Assembly: GCA_004431415.1 (NCBI GenBank)
Contig: QPMI01000174.1
Location: 1-64,000 of the forward strand
Reading direction: 5' to 3'
From: Cyanophora paradoxa CCMP329
Taxonomy: Eukaryota > Plantae > Glaucophyta
DNA length: 64,000 nt
The translations under genes and the position numbers were made by a program. Below, one piece after another: positions 1-14,200 of this stretch. The notes beneath the pieces were generated by a model. That model ran no database searches and was not told the DNA's origin. It saw nothing but the letters and a program-made list of their open reading frames with translations. Position 1 is the stretch's first letter. Each line of letters begins with the position of its first letter.

Positions 1-38
1 CCCGGCCCCGTCTCGACCGCCCTCGCGCGCCCCGGCAG

Positions 39-583
39 GACCGCCCCTCGCTGCTCCGCGACGCCGCGCCGGCCATTTTCGACGCTTGGTTGAACGTGCG
101 CGCCCCGCCCCGCCCCTCAGCCCTGCGCACGTTGCATGCCTGCTCACCACTTGCCTTCCCCCCCCCCCCCCCCCCCCCCCCCCCAGATCGTCGGCCCGCT
201 TGTGATGTCGATTATGGCGACGGGACTCTGCGTCATGCTCACTATTTCGACCCTCCGCAACGTCCACACGTGGTACCCCCTCCGCCCGTACCCCGCCCGC
301 TGCCACGGGCGCCGGGGTGACGGGCGGGGAGGTACTGCCGTCTCTGGCGGGCGCCGCTGGTGTACGGCGGCCTCTCATGCGTCATGCACCTCTTCGCCCA
401 CCAGGCGGGCCCCCTCCCCTCCCCCGCCCCCTCCTCCTCCTCTGCCCTCCCAACCGCCCCCCGCCCGCCGCCCCGCGCAGCGCTTCCACCAGTCGGCGAT
501 CCGGCGGCTCAAGCCGGGGCAGTCCCTCCTCCCGCGCACCCTGCAGGTCCGCGGGGCTGCCACCCGGCCCCCGCTTCCAACCG

Positions 584-625
<42 letters not shown>

Positions 626-3600
626 ACACTGAGCCCAGGTGGAGCTCTCGATCGGGGCGATCATCGCGTGGGCCGGCCTTGCCGTCTTCCTCGCCTGGCT
701 CCGTCCGCCTTCCCCCCCCCCTCCCCCCCCCCCCCCCCCCGCCCTTCTCCCCCCGCCTCACTCGCCTCGCTCGCCTCGCGGCAGGCGTCGGGGCGGCGTA
801 CGTGCCGCTCGTTTACTGCGTCTCGGGGCCTTCGCCTCTACACCTTCCACCACCTCGTCCGCTCCTTCCGCTCCGACGTCCGCCCCCCTCCCATGCGCCC
901 CCCCCTCCACCCCCCCCCCCCCTCCCCCAATACGCTCGCGCGCCGGCGTGCCCTCCAGATGGGCGCCTTTTCTTCTTCGTCCCTCTGAGCTCCAGAGGCC
1001 GCCGAAGACCCCGCGCGCCCTCCGATGATAGGCCCCTCTCCCTCTTCCACAGGCCGCCACAGAGCGCGCCCCTTGGCAGCCAGCCAGCCAGCCAGCTAGT
1101 TGAGACCTAGATGACTCGACGATTCTCCCCCGCCCGCTCCTTCCCCCCGGCCCCCCGACGCGGGGCGCGCGGGGCAGGCGCTGCGGCAGGCGACGGAGAA
1201 GGTCGGCATCCGCGCCCTCTCCCAGGCCGTCAAGGTGCGCCCGCCCCCCGCCCCGCGATCCCCTCTTCCTGCCACGCGGCACATCCCGCCCGATGCCGCC
1301 GCCCCGCCGCCACCGACGACGAGGCCGCGCCGCCGCGTCCACTACAATCGATTGCGCGCTTAGATGCTCTGTCGATAGAGCCTATCGAGGAACCGGCGCC
1401 TCCCGGCAGCGCCCAGACCCGCCCCGCCCCACCCCGCCCCGCCTTGCGCCCGCCCCGCGCCCGCCCGGACGCCGACGCTGACGCCGACGCCGGGGCGCAG
1501 TCGGCGGGCAAAGACTCGGAGGAGGCGCGGGCCGCGTACGAGCGCACCATCGAGGCCGCCGCCGAGAAGGCGCGCCGCCGCGTCGCTTAGAGCTCCCCTC
1601 CCGAGCAGCCCGCTCGCCTCCTCTCCTCCCTCCACCCGCGCGCGACAGCCGCCGCTGCGCCAGCTCCAGCGCGGCATGCGCCCCTTGCCTCGGGCGCTCT
1701 GAGGGCCCCGCATGCTCGCCTCGTGATGGAGGGAGGGGCTGAGGGGGCCCGCGGGGGCGCAGCTGGAGGTGCTGCCGGTGACGAGCGACGTCTGGTGGAT
1801 GGCCGAGTTCGCCACCGCGAGGCGCGCGCCCCCCATCCCCTCCGCCCTCGGGGCCGCCCGCCTGCGCCGGCCCCTCCACAAAGCTGAGAGCTCGAGGGCC
1901 GAGGGCGCTAGATCTCCGCGCGCCCAGCCCCGCCCCGCCCCCTCCCCAGGAGACGCCCCCGCACGCTCGCTTCCCGCCATCGCTGAAGCAGCCCCGCAGC
2001 ACGCTCCCGACGGCCCTCTTCACCGTCCCCACCGTCGGCGGTCCGCCCCGCCCCCCCATCCCTCCCCTCCGCTCGCCTCTGCTTTGCCCGACGCCGCCCC
2101 GCGCAGTGCTCCGCCTCTTCGTGCCGCTCATGGGCCGCGCCGGGCAGCACAAGGTGCGCTGCAGCCGAGCCCGGGTCGCTGCGCGCCGAGGCGGGCCTCG
2201 CCGTGATCGCGATCGCGAGCGCAGGTGACGGAGTTCGCGATCGCCATCCTCTGCGTCTTCCTCGCCACCTTCCACGCGTGCGCGCGCCGGGCGCGCCGTC
2301 CGCCCGGGAGCCGCGGGGGCCGCGGGGGCCCGCCGCCGGGCGCTGAAGGGAAGGGAGCGGGAGGGGCTGGCGTGGAGTGAGGCGGGGGGGAGGGGGCGTT
2401 GCCGACGAGGGGGGCGCAGGTGGACGATCGTGCCGTTCCTGCACCGCTCGCGGGACGAGCACGGCCACGCCGCCTCCCGCAAGTCCTTCAAGGTGCCCCC
2501 GAGGACGCCCGGCCCCTCGCCGGCTCCCGCAGAGAGAGGAGGGGGCGCACCGCCGGCGAGGGAGAGGGGGTTAGAGAGGGAGATAAGAGCGCTTCATAGA
2601 GAACAGCGCGCATGCTTCATGATCGAATCGAGCTAGAGAGCACGCCGCGAGAGGCCCGTCCCTTGTCCACGGCCTGTCGCGCCGGGCCGGTGCGACGCCG
2701 GCCTCGCAGCTCGTCCTCGGGGGCGCCTTCATCATCTTCCTCGTCTCCATGGCGTGCGTCGACGTTCGGACCTCTCCTCGCTCTCGTTGAGAGCACGCTC
2801 GGCGGGCCTCTTCGCTGCGTGACTGGCTCGCCGGCCCGGCGCAGGTGCGGGTCGTGCCTGACTGGGATGAGTCCCTACTCCGAGACCATCCCCAAGCGCC
2901 TCATCGTGCGCTCCCCCCCCCCCTCCCCCCCCCCCTCCTCTCCCCCCTCTCCCTCCCTCTCCTTCCCGAGCCGGGCCGGGCCCCGGCGGAGCCCAGGCGC
3001 CCCCCCGCCGCCCCTGCTCGCTCACACGTGCCGCACTCCCGGCCCCGCGTCCCAGAGATCATTTCAAATCTGCAATGCCAGGCCAGGGCGGGCGGGGGCG
3101 GGCCGGGCGAGGCTCTTCTCTGACGGAAGCGCGGCCTGCCGCCGCCCTCGCCGCAGGTTCAGCACTCGCTGGACTTCCGCGGCCTCTCCGCCGACTCCCC
3201 CCCCTCCTCCTCCATGCTCGCCGTGCCCCTCGACCCCGCCTTCGACGCGCGCATACCCCCCCCCGCCCCCCCCCCCCCCCCCCCGCCCCGTCTGACGGCC
3301 GGGCAGCGGTTCCTGGAGGGGGCGCTGGCGGGGGCGGTGGGGAAGGTCGCCTCGGAGGCGGGCGAGCACGACGCGCCGCTCCTCTCGGGGACGCCCACAA
3401 GGCCCGCCCCCCCCGCCCCCGCTCCGCCCGCCCGCCGGCCCGCCCTCCGTCGTCGGACCCGGGGGGGGGGGGGGGGGGGGAGGGAGGGGGGGGGGGGGCT
3501 GGCATCAGAGGCCGCCCCGCTGGGGCCCGGGCGGATGCGGGGCGCGGCGGGGCCTCCCAAAGGCTCACGCGGCGCGCAGGTCTCCCTCGTCGACAAGATG

Positions 3601-4365
3601 ACCGTCTGGTACCCCCTCCACGTCCACTTCCACCAGGGCTTCAGGCGCGCATGCCGCCCGCGCCGCGCCCGGCGAGGCCCCCCGTCGTCGCCTCTGCCGC
3701 GCTGACTCTGCCGCAGCTTCCACGCGCACGCCCCCGAGGGCGCCGCGCAGCTCCGCCCCACGATCAAGGCCCGCACCCCAGTACCCGCCCCCGCCTCCCC
3801 GCACAGCGATCCGATCCCCTGCCGCAGCTGGTGGAGGACGGGTACGATGCGAAGACGGGGGTGCGGTCCATGACCGTCGAGATGCACGCGCCGGGAACCC
3901 CCTACAGGTAGCCGGGCTTGCGCCGCTCGCGGGCGCCCCTCGTGCGCCCTGTGACGGCGGGGCAGCACGCTGGAGATCGGGGCGGGGGAGCGCTTCCTCG
4001 GGTGGGACCTCCCCTGCGAAGCGATCCGCCTGGGCACCCACGACAACGTGCCCGCCCCTCCCACCCCCTCTTCCCTCTCTCACAGCCCCCCGCGCGCGCC
4101 CCGCTCTCCCACCCCCCCACCAGCTCACCTCGCCACCTGCCGCTCGCAGATGCACCCGCGGGAGCACATCGTGCGGCACGTGGCCGGCCGCGCGGACCGC
4201 TGGCGGCTGTCGCTGCGGGTGCGGGGCCAGGCGCGCGTGCAGTTTGTCCTCTCGAGCTCGTACCTGGGGCAGCCGACGCCGGCGCACGCCCGCCTGCTGG
4301 CGGAGCTGCCGGCGTGGATCACGCCCGTCGGCTGGACCTCCGTCGTCGACTCGGCCGACTTGTAG
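39..4365 (+). CDS. ER membrane metallopeptidase (ERMP1-like, M28 family), multi-exon, 5' part outside window
   Basis: Manually spliced exons give multi-TM segments and ERMP1-like motifs: 'STLRNVHTWYCRLWRAPLVYG', 'GVGAAY', 'LFVPLMGRAG', 'SPYSETIPKRLIVQH', and terminal exon '...HARLLAELPAWITPVGWTSVVDSADL*' (stop 4363-4365). Exon structure between ~900 and 1950 is uncertain. Confidence 0.6.
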
Positions 4366-5017
4366 CCGCCCTGGCCGTGCGCCCCCTTCGACAGCATCCT
4401 CGTTTCTTTAGAGTCTTAGGATTGCAGTTGCACCAAACAAGTGAATTTCGACATCGTGATACAGTGCGGAAGCCGCATATGCACATGCATATATATGCAT
4501 GTTAAAACGTTGCTCAACTTGGCAAGCTTATGCACCACGCGTACGACGGACACGTCGACGTCGAAGGGGGAACAGCGATTGACATCACCGCATGCATATG
4601 CGCACTGTGGCATGCGCTCGGGGCTCGCGCGCGATCGGATTCGATGTCACACTGCCAGAATATAGGATCCAGAATCCAGATGGTAAATAGTCGAAGATCT
4701 GGTCGACGTCGGCGCCGGCCTGCACCGAGATTGCTATAAAGCTATAGCTAGCAGAGACTAGCGCTAGCAATGGCCTACCGCACCATGGCCATTATCCGTT
4801 CGGTTCGAATTCATCTTAATGCTTCGGTCCGGGCCACTACATATGAACCATACGCTTCACTGCAGGCTACACACTGCTTGATAAGCACAATATGACAATA
4901 TAGCGAGACGATACAGACAGTGCAAGCATCAGTACGAGTATGTATACTGGGTCCACAATGGATCAGATGCAAGTTCGTCGTACTAGAGCGATGGATGCAA
5001 TCAACGCGTACAGCAAT

Positions 5018-7483
5018 TCAAAACAAAATATGAATGCTATGCCCAAGTTCGAGTGCAGTTTCGGACTCGTACCGGACGAGAAGCTCAATGCAGACCCTTC
5101 TCAGCTGGACGCCACCGCGTGGCGGCTCCGGAAAAGGAAAAGAAAGAAAATGGAAAAAAGAAGGGAGGGCGGGGCGGCGGGGGCCGGGGTCACGGCTGCT
5201 CGTCGCCTTGGGCGTCGGGCGGTGGCGGGGGCGCCTGGCGAGGGGCGGGGCCCTCGCCCCCCCCCTCCTCCCGCTCCTCCGAGTCCGACCGCGACGCGCC
5301 CGCAGCCTCGCCCCCCCACGCCGCCCCCGCCGACCCCGCCCCGCACCCGCACCGCGCCCGGGCTCCCGGGAGGCGGCGCTCCCGCGCGAGTGCTCAACGG
5401 GCAGCGTTCGGTACGGCCTGACGAAGAAGGCGGCGCCAGCGAGTCGGTCACTCGCGCGGGGCGGGCGCCGGGGCGGGCGCGGGGGGGGCGGGGCGGAGCG
5501 GAGCGGAGCGGACCAGTGGTAGATGCGCATCTGGCGGCATATCTTCTTCAGCGTCGTGGTGGAGAGGCCGATGTGCTCGGAGGCGACTTTCAGGGAACGT
5601 GGAACCAGGCTGCGGGCCGCCTGAGCAAGGCGGGGGCGGGGGGGGGGGGCGGGGGCGGGGGCGGGGCGGGCCTGCGAGCATCTCGCGGGTGACGTCCGTC
5701 TGGCGCATCTGGCGGGCCGGCCGCCGTCCACCGAGACCTTGCCCCGCCCCACCAGCCGCATCCCCGCCGGCAGCCACGCGCCCCCGCCGGGATCCGCCGC
5801 TCGTAGCTCGCCGCCGTCCCCCGCGCGGGCCACACCGCGCAGCGCGTCTCGGCGGCCCGCGGCGGCGCCGCGGCAGGCGCCGTCGTGCGCGCGCTGATCA
5901 TGTGGGAGTCGGGGGGTGCGGGATACGGCATCGCTGGCGGGAGGGCCGACTGGCTGTGGGCATACGAGTCGCGCGGCGCCGGCGGGGGCGGCCTGTGGAG
6001 GAGTGGGAAGGGCGGCGGCGGCAGCTGCATGGAGAGGTGAGCTGCCGGCGGCGCGCCAGGGGGCGGATAAGGGAACGACGAGGAGGAAGAGGAGGAGGAG
6101 GAAGGGGCGGGGAAGGGCCCGTGGCTGGAAGGGCTGGCTGGGTAATGGCCGGGATGGGAGGACGTGGACACGGCGGGGTACGGTCCGAGGCTAGGGGGGT
6201 AGTGCTGGGAGGTGTGATGCTGCCGCCAGGCGCAGAGTCGATCGGGCGGGGGCAGCGGCCCGCCGTCGGCGCCGGGCGGGCCGCCGTGCCAGTGGCCCAT
6301 GGGCAGCGGCCTCGGGTCCTGGGCGAAGGGGTTGATGGAAGGGAGCCGATCTGACGGGCCGCCCGAGGAAGGGGGGAGGATGGCCTCGGCCTGCGGCGAG
6401 GGCGGGGCGGGGCGCGTCGGCCGCGCGGGGCGGGGCGGGGCGGGGCGGTGCGGGGCGGGGCGGGCCTTGGCAAGCGCGCCCGTCTCGGAGAGGTACGCCA
6501 CGACGCGGTCCCGGGCGTCCCGCGTGCCTCGCAAAGGGTCCCAGACCCCCACCCGCGGCGCCTGCGCGGAGGAGAACAGCTCCCGGAAGAAGCGCTCCGA
6601 CACGTACGCTGAGCGCCCCGCGTCACGGCCTCTGCCGGGGCGCGGCGGCGGCGGGTGGCGGGGGTGAAGGAGGGCGGGGCGTGCCCTGCAGCGGGTTGCA
6701 CAGCCCTCGCTGGGCCGCCGCGTCAGGCCCGAAGCACGAGATCAGCGCCCGGTCGTGTATCCGCATCGCCGTCTGCCAGCGCCGGGCGTCAGCAAGGGCG
6801 GCCGAGGCCCACAACGGGCTGCACCTGCAGATCCGCTCCCTGGGGAGAACGAAGCACAAACTGCCGGCCCGGGTCGGCCAAGCGAGCGCGGGGGCAGGGC
6901 CGGCGGGGGGCGCGCCCGGCATTGGCACCTCAATTCCAAGCCACGGAAAACTGACGAAGTATCCGGCGAGGTCTGAGCGCAGGAAGGGGTGGCCCTGCGA
7001 CGGCCGCCCATTCAGGAGGCGATTCGAGGGCGGACACGGAACCGGAGCGGCTGGTCCCGTTGGGCCAGGGCGGCTCACAAGAACGCTGCGCGATGGTTCG
7101 GCCTCCTGGTGCTGGGAATCATGCGCTTCCGCCTGCCGGGATCCGGAGCCGTTCTGCCACGATGCTCCGCCCTGCAGCGGCGCGTGCATCGGGTCAGTCG
7201 ATCGCGGGATCGAACGCGAGCCGGCGTTTCGCACGGTGAAGGGGGGTTGCGAAGCATAAGATCGTTCGAAACTTGGCGCGCCAGCCTCGGCGCCGGCTGC
7301 TCCCAAGCTCTGTGAAGCCCGCGCCAGCGCCTGCGATGACGTTTTACCGTCTGAGACGGCACACCCCACCCGTGACACGCCGCGACTGGAACGAACCCGT
7401 AAGGAGGCAGGTACGTCTGCCGGAAGCCAGGCCTGCCGCGGCGCAGCCTCTGGGTGCTTTGCCGCCGGCGAGGACCAGTTCAT
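5018..7483 (-). CDS. RWP-RK domain transcription factor (multi-exon)
   Basis: Minus strand 5400-5610 reads AWFHVP/LKVASEHIGLSTTTLKKICRQMRIYHW|PYRT, matching the RWP-RK consensus (FHLP..EAA..LG...T.LK..CR...I..WP.R). It needs one extra C in the CCC run at 5593-5595. Start and end are approximate. Confidence 0.7.
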
Positions 7484-8603
7484 GCCCACCTGACTCGACC
7501 ATCAGCATTCAGAGAGCAGAACCAGATCAGCAGCCGCGCGTTCTCGGCACGCGAATGCGAAGCGCCTCCGGTTAAGAATCGAACGCTTTAGCAATCCTAT
7601 AGCCGACACTGACGATGTAAGCCGAAAAGCTCGCGAGGTCAGCGCTCACAGAAGGGTGACCAAGCGAGGGCGCTGGGCGCGAATCTGCGTCGCCAGACTC
7701 CCGAGCTAGCTGCTCGGAACTGCGCGGTTCGCCCTCTCGGGCTTCCGCGCGTGTCTGCAGCATCAGCGCTAGGCTGATGCTGCACGCATGCACGGCCAGA
7801 GCGCCGAGCGATCCTGAGATGGACTCTAGTGACTCTGCTTGCTATATTGCGCTAGAGCCTGATCATGAGCATGCGCAGCTGTAGCCTGTAGAGTGTTACA
7901 GTGTAGCGCTCTCCGCCGATGTCGGAGAGCCTCGGATATCGATCGAGGGGAATCGCCAGCGCCGGGCCCGGCCGGGGAACGAAGGCGCAGCGCTAGCTCA
8001 GCCTAGCTGCCCGCCAACTTGGGATTCTTAAGTTGGGAAGTCGACTCGGCGTCGAGTCGGCGACGTCGCCCACGACTGGGGCGACCACCGTGGCACGTCC
8101 CCTTCTCGTCCACCTCTGCGCTGTCTACAGCCACCGTCTTCAGCCGTTGTCGCGGGTACGGGAAAATACTTTCGCGCGAACGATTGGCGCACGAGTATAT
8201 ATTTTTGTCCCTGAAGCGGGTTTTTTTCGAACCCGGCCCCGTCCCGGGCCGCACGTTAAGGTATACGTGATACGTCTACGCGCGCCTCGAAACCTCGTTT
8301 TTTGACCGATTGAGGGACGAATTTCGAATTAATACTTGTCTTGGTTTTTTGCTCCGCTAACTTAAATGGACTAAGTTTGTGGTGATATAATCATAAATTT
8401 ATCATCTTTTAAGGATCGAAATATCTGCGAAACAGTTCAGTTAAACATGAAAAGATTCATTCGCATGGACGCCAACAGCGAGGAATTTTGGAATTTCGAA
8501 CCGTCTTCAATTTGTCTTCAAGTGCGCTCTGATTGGTTTGTAACTGTTCGAATTCAAGCACGAGATAAGGGCCAACTTACTACTAAAATCAGTGCTGGAG
8601 TAG

Positions 8604-8768
8604 ACTAGAGGCTGTGGCTGGTAATTCACCAAAAAAAAAACTAAAATAAGTTAAGGCTAAGCCGCTTGAAGGCCTCCTACTACTTGTACCAGCTAGCTAC
8701 TAGTAGCCGGCTGTTATAATGTGCTAGTTTTTTTTTTTTTTTTTGAATTACCGGCCACAGCCTCTAGT
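8604..8768. mobile_element. MITE-like short inverted-repeat element
   Basis: ACTAGAGGCTGTGGCTGGTAATTCA..A-run at 8604 and T-run..TGAATTACCGGCCACAGCCTCTAGT ending 8768 form near-perfect inverted repeats in an AT-rich island. No clear TSD. Confidence 0.5.
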
Positions 8769-9184
8769 GTGCTAGTTAATGTGCTAGTTCCCTGGCGTCA
8801 CATAATCTCATATGCATATTAACATTGCCTGGCAATTGCAATGAATCTGCCTGGCCTAGGCCTGCTGGATCATCAGGCTGCAAACTTGTGCAAACTTACT
8901 GCAAAGCAGCAAATCAAAGGTTCTGCCTATGCATGCTCGACACTGCTCGTGCTGGATTTGGAGGGATCGCCCCTCTCCCGCCAGCTGTTCCCTGCAACGG
9001 CAGCAATTGCAAGGTGGGCTTTTCAAAGTTTTCCCAGCGGCCTAGCCTTACAAGCCCTAGGGGCTAGCCATGGGTAGCGCTAGCCAGGCTATCCATCGCC
9101 TCCGATGCTGATAATATTTGGGGAAGGGTAAAACACTTCCCCTGTCCCTGTCCCTTGGGCCCAACCCTACCCCAAATCCCGGGG

Positions 9185-9291
9185 CCGACCTCTGCAAAAC
9201 CGGGGCCGCGTGGTTTCCCCCGACCTCCGCAAAAACCGGGGCCGCGCGGTACCATTCCCCGACCTCCGCAAAACCGGGGCCGCGCGGTACA
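9185..9291. repeat. Short tandem repeat, 3 copies of ~35-39 bp (CCGACCTCYGCAAAACCGGGGCCGCG core)
   Basis: Three copies read directly at ~9185, ~9220 and ~9259. Resembles a transposon subterminal repeat. Confidence 0.6.
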
Positions 9292-11204
9292 CCCTGAAAG
9301 CGCATCCCCAGGGGGCCCCGAAACCATGTCTCCCGGTCCCGTCCGACCAAAGGGTGATCCAGGAACAGGCACCAACACCCGGGACAAAAATGGGTCCAGC
9401 GACGCACAGGGAGCAGATATACGGGCCAGACCAGTTCGAGGTCGTTGCGCGCATCATGTTCGACATTCCGTAATGCAAGCGCAAGGCCCGGCGCGAGCGC
9501 GGTCGCGTGGGAGGACGCCGCGCGCGCTAGCCAATCACATTGGAGAGTCAGTTAACTTACCCTGAGAAACCTCTTAAAGTACCCCCCGGCCGCTTTCTCC
9601 GCCGGGCACCGCAGCTCGGCTCGGCTCAACAATGGTTACGCCTCTCGCGCGCGGGGCAGCTTGCTGTGGCTCAGCGGCTAGCCGCGCCAGCCGCGCACGC
9701 TTCACCCGCCAACCGCGCCCCGACGCAATTGCACAAGCCGACCGCAAGCTGGCCGCACCGTGGCACTTGGCCGGCTATGCCACTTGCAACAAGCCGACGC
9801 CCGCGCGGCGCGCGCGCGGCGCGACGCAGAGCCCCCCCTCGCGCGCGCGCGCGCGATGCGCATGCATATGCCTGCTGCAGCCGGCGCCGCTGATCATGAG
9901 CTGGCCCGCTGCGCCGCTTTTTGAGCAGAACGTGAGCTTGAGCAGCGTCCCCGCGCCCGCGCCCTGATCGTGCGGAGGCCTAGGCCAGCCCCTAGCTATA
10001 TAGCCACGCCGTGACGCACATGCACCGCAGCACATGCGCACTCGTGCACCCGCCACGCCTCACGCGCGCGACGGCCGCGGGGCATGCGCAGCTTGGCAGG
10101 AGCTCGAGCACGTCCATGGCCAGACAAGGTTCCCTCCCCCTCCCCAAGGCCCGCGCCTTACATAGCTATAGCTAGCTCGCTAGGCCCTGATCATGAGGCC
10201 TACCTCTAAGAGGACAGCTCGACTCGATCGCGAGGACAGCCGCTGAGCTCGCCTGGCATGGCCAGCCTCGGCCGGAGCCGGCCCGGCGGCTCGCCCGGCC
10301 ACCGCGCGCGCGCCTTCTTAAGCTTAAGCGCTAGCTTACTAAGTTACAAGTCCCTGCAGCTGCCCTCTGCATCTAGATCTTGGATTCGCCGAGGTTGAAT
10401 GCCCTTCCCCGGACCCAACTGACGCGCGCGGCAAGTCAGTGGCCCTTTTATATTAAGGGCCTTGCCTCCTAGCTACGGCAAGGAGCCTAAAAGCGTTAGC
10501 TAGGAGACATATGTATGCCAGCGCTCCCGGAGTCCCCTACGCCTGCCACCAACTCTAGATTTGAAATCTCGGCCGAGTTTTAGGCTGCGGTCCGGAGCCT
10601 GGGACTCGTTTACAACGGCGACACTGACGGCCCCGGCCCCGGGTCCGACGGTCCCGTAGTACCTATTTTGATTTGGAAGGTGGCCCCATATGCATGCCAG
10701 GCTAAAATCGGCCGAATTTTGCTATTGCACGGTACTCGGAAAATTTAGATGGCGAAACCAGGGATAGATCTGTTTCGTACAGCGGCTCGGCCGGACCATA
10801 TCCAATTTCCAACGCACTGTACATGTACATGTGGCAATTGCAAACGGCGCGCCGGGCGCCCGGCCCGGCCGGGATGATGTCCAGATATCGATCTGCACCG
10901 CGGCAAGCTCAAACTTTTGCGCGTGCGCTGCGTACAATCGCAGTTGACCTCGAATAATTCTCTGACATGACATGATTCAATTCGAAATTCTCTACGCGTG
11001 CATACGGAAGGAAATAGCCAGTTAAGGTACAGGTTATACGTCATGTGCACCAGAGGATGACAATAGACTGAGCAGTGCTGCAATGCAAAATAGAGGCGAG
11101 CTGAAGCGCGAACCGAAGAAAAGCAAAGACAGGCCCCTAATTCTATAAGGCAGAGGACGGGCTGGAACGAGTCGTGATGGGGACTGCTCGGGGCCGGGTC
11201 GGGG

Positions 11205-14200
11205 TCACGCCTGCCCGGGCCCGTGCAGCTGCCCCTGCTTCACGAGCTGCGCGCACAGGCCGCGTCACGTCACATTCGCAGTCAGCTTTCGCGGCGCTAG
11301 CGTAGATATTCGTGCGGGTGTTCTCCGGCCATGGGCACCTGGGCGTAGAGGCCGTTGCGGGCCACGAGCTCCGCGTGCGCTCCCGCCTCCGCCACCCGCC
11401 CCTCCTGCCCAGCCGCCCGCCCCCGCTCGCACCAGGCGACCACCCCTCGCACAGCGGCCGCGGCCGCACAGCGGCGATCTAAGCTCCAGAGGCCGCATCA
11501 AGGCCCATGGCCGGGGCTCCTTGATGAGGACTATTTAGTGGGCCTTAATAGAACGTTAGGAAGTCCATTAGGCCTATTCATCTATCTGCCCCATGGCCAG
11601 GGCACCTTGATGAAGACGATGAGGTTGGCGTTGCGGATGGTGGAGAGCCGGTGCGCGATGACTGATCGCGAGAAAGGGCGGTCACATGAGGAGGAGGAAG
11701 GAGGGCGTCGGGTGCGGGCGCTGGGAAGGCGAGGCGGGTGGAAGCCTAAGCGCGAGGCGGAGAAGGCCCGCCGCGCACCGATGGTGGTGCGGCCCTTCAT
11801 GACCTTGTCGAGGGCCTCCTGCACGACCCGCTCGGACTGCGTGTCCAGCGCAGACGTCGCCTGCGGGGCGGCGGTGAGCGGGGCGGGCAGGGAAAGCAAG
11901 CAAGGGCCGCCTTCGCTCGCACCTCGTCGAGGAGGAGGATGCGGGGGTTCTTGACCTGCGGGGGAGGCCGGGCGCCGGCGTCGGCGACGGAGACGGCACT
12001 CGCCGAGGGCGGGTCGGCGTGGGGGGGAAACGAGGGGAGAGGGGAGGGGGAGGCGGGCAGGGGGAGGGGGGAGGCGGACAGGGGAGAGAGGTTTGGGGGA
12101 GGGGAGGGGGATGGAAGGGGGTATCGAATTCAAAGACGGCGCGGGAGGAAAGGCCCGGGCACCATGGCGCGGGCGATGGCGATGCGCTGCTTCTGCCCGC
12201 CCGAGAGCTGCGAGCCGCGGGCCCCCACCTGCGTCTCGTACTGCCCGCCCTCGACGTTAAAGATGTCGAGACGCGGCTCCGGCGGCAGTGGCGGGCGCAC
12301 GCCCGAGGGGAGCGAGGCGATGAAGTCGTGGATGTTCGCCGCGCGCGCCGCCTGCCCCGGCCGCCCCGGTCAGCGATCGCGAGGGGCGGGCCCAAGCCCG
12401 AGCCCCCGAGCCCGAGCCCCCGGGGGCGGCGGCGACGGCGACGGCGAGCGAGTCCCCCGGGCGGCGCAGGCGGAGGCGGGGGCGGGGTGGGGCGGCTGGG
12501 GCGAAGGCTGGCCTGCTCGATCTCGGCGTCGCTCGCCTCGGGCCGCCCGTAGCGGATGTTCTCGCGGATCGAGGCCGCGAAGAGGACCGGCTCCTGCGCC
12601 CCGGCGCTCGCGCGGCGGCGGCGGCGGCGGCGGCAGAGGCGGCGGGGGCGGGGGGACCTGGGAGACGATGCCGACCTGGCGGCGGTAGTGCTTGATGTGC
12701 AGCGACCTGCGCCGGCGCGCTCGAGAGCAAGACGCCAAGGCAGAGCTCGAGGACGGCGGCCGGGCCGCACCTGAGGTCGCGGCCGTCGACGAGGACGGAG
12801 CCCTGCACGGGGTCGTAGAAGCGCTGCGCCAGCTGGATCACCGTGCTCTGCAGCGCGCCTCAGGGGCGGGGCGGGGCCCGGGGCGAGGGGGGTGCGGGGG
12901 CCGCGCCTTGCCGCAGCCGGAGGGCCCGACGAGGGCGACGGTCTGCCCGGCCCTGCGAACAATGCGCGTGAGGAGACCGACCGAAGTCGAAGGGGAGAGT
13001 GCAATGCAGAGGCGGCTACGGGATGGTGAGGTCCAGGCCGCGGAGGATGGGCGCCTTCGGCCGCGTCGGCTGCGCACCCGGAGTGAGTGTGCGGGAACCT
13101 TCAGCGTCGGGGGCGCCGACGGAGAGGAAGGAGGGAAGAGGGGGGCGGGGCGGGGCGCACGTAGTGGAAGTGGACGTCCTTCAGGACGACCTGAGCGAGC
13201 CAAGTCGGGCGGAGCGCCTCAGATCGGGCGGCGTCGGAGAGAAGGGGTCCGGAGCGGACCTCGCCGCCCTCGATGGGGGCGCGCTCCCCCGCCTCGCTCA
13301 GCGAGTCGATGGGCGGCTGCGCGCGGCCGCGGGGCGCGCGGATCACACCCGCCCCGCCCTCCCGCCCTCTCTCCGGACCGGGGCGCGGACCTCGCGGTCG
13401 AGGAGGCCAAAAACGACGCCGCAGGCGGTGCGCGCCTTGTCGTAGTCGGGCGCCAGCGAGTTGATCTGCCCGCTCCCCGCTCAGCGCCCCTCGACACGAA
13501 GCGCGGCGGGGCCCTACCTGGCCGACACCCACTGTTGCACGTTGGGAGGTTAGAGCAGAGTCAGTTACTTGGATTACTTGGATCAGTGATTTGATAAGTG
13601 AGAAATACGACGGACTTGCTGCCATGACGATCGCAAACATCGTGCGAAGCATCTGCGGGGGAGGGCGGGGTCGGCCAAGGCGGCGGCGCGCGGGGCCCGC
13701 ACAGGGCCCGGGGGGCGCACGCTCTGGAAGTCCATATGGCCGCCCTCGATGAGCTTGGCGCCGGCCCAGAAGATGAGCGCCTGGCACGCAAAGTTCATGA
13801 ACTGCGAGAGGCCGAAGCCGAGCCCCGAGGCGTGGCCCTTCTTCTCCCCCGCCACCTGCCGGCCCCGCCCCGCCCGACACGGCAGCGAGTCGGCGGATCG
13901 GGGAATAAGTGCTGAAGGGCGCCGGAAGGGGGCGCACCTGGGGCCCGTGGAGGAGCTCGTTGTACGCCGCGAGCAGCCGCTGCTCGCTCGTGAAGCTGCC
14001 GCCCCCGGCCCCCGGCGTGAGCCCGTGGCGGAGAGGCGGCGGGAGCTCGAGGGGCGGACCTGGCGACGGTGCGGATGTTGGCGACGGTGTCGCCGGCGAG
14101 CTTACCCGCCTGCTCGTACATGTCCCGCCCGCTCGCGAAGCTGCGCCCGCGGCCAGCGCCGCGCTTCTCAGCGACGCTCTCAGAGCTGCCGAGCGGGGCG

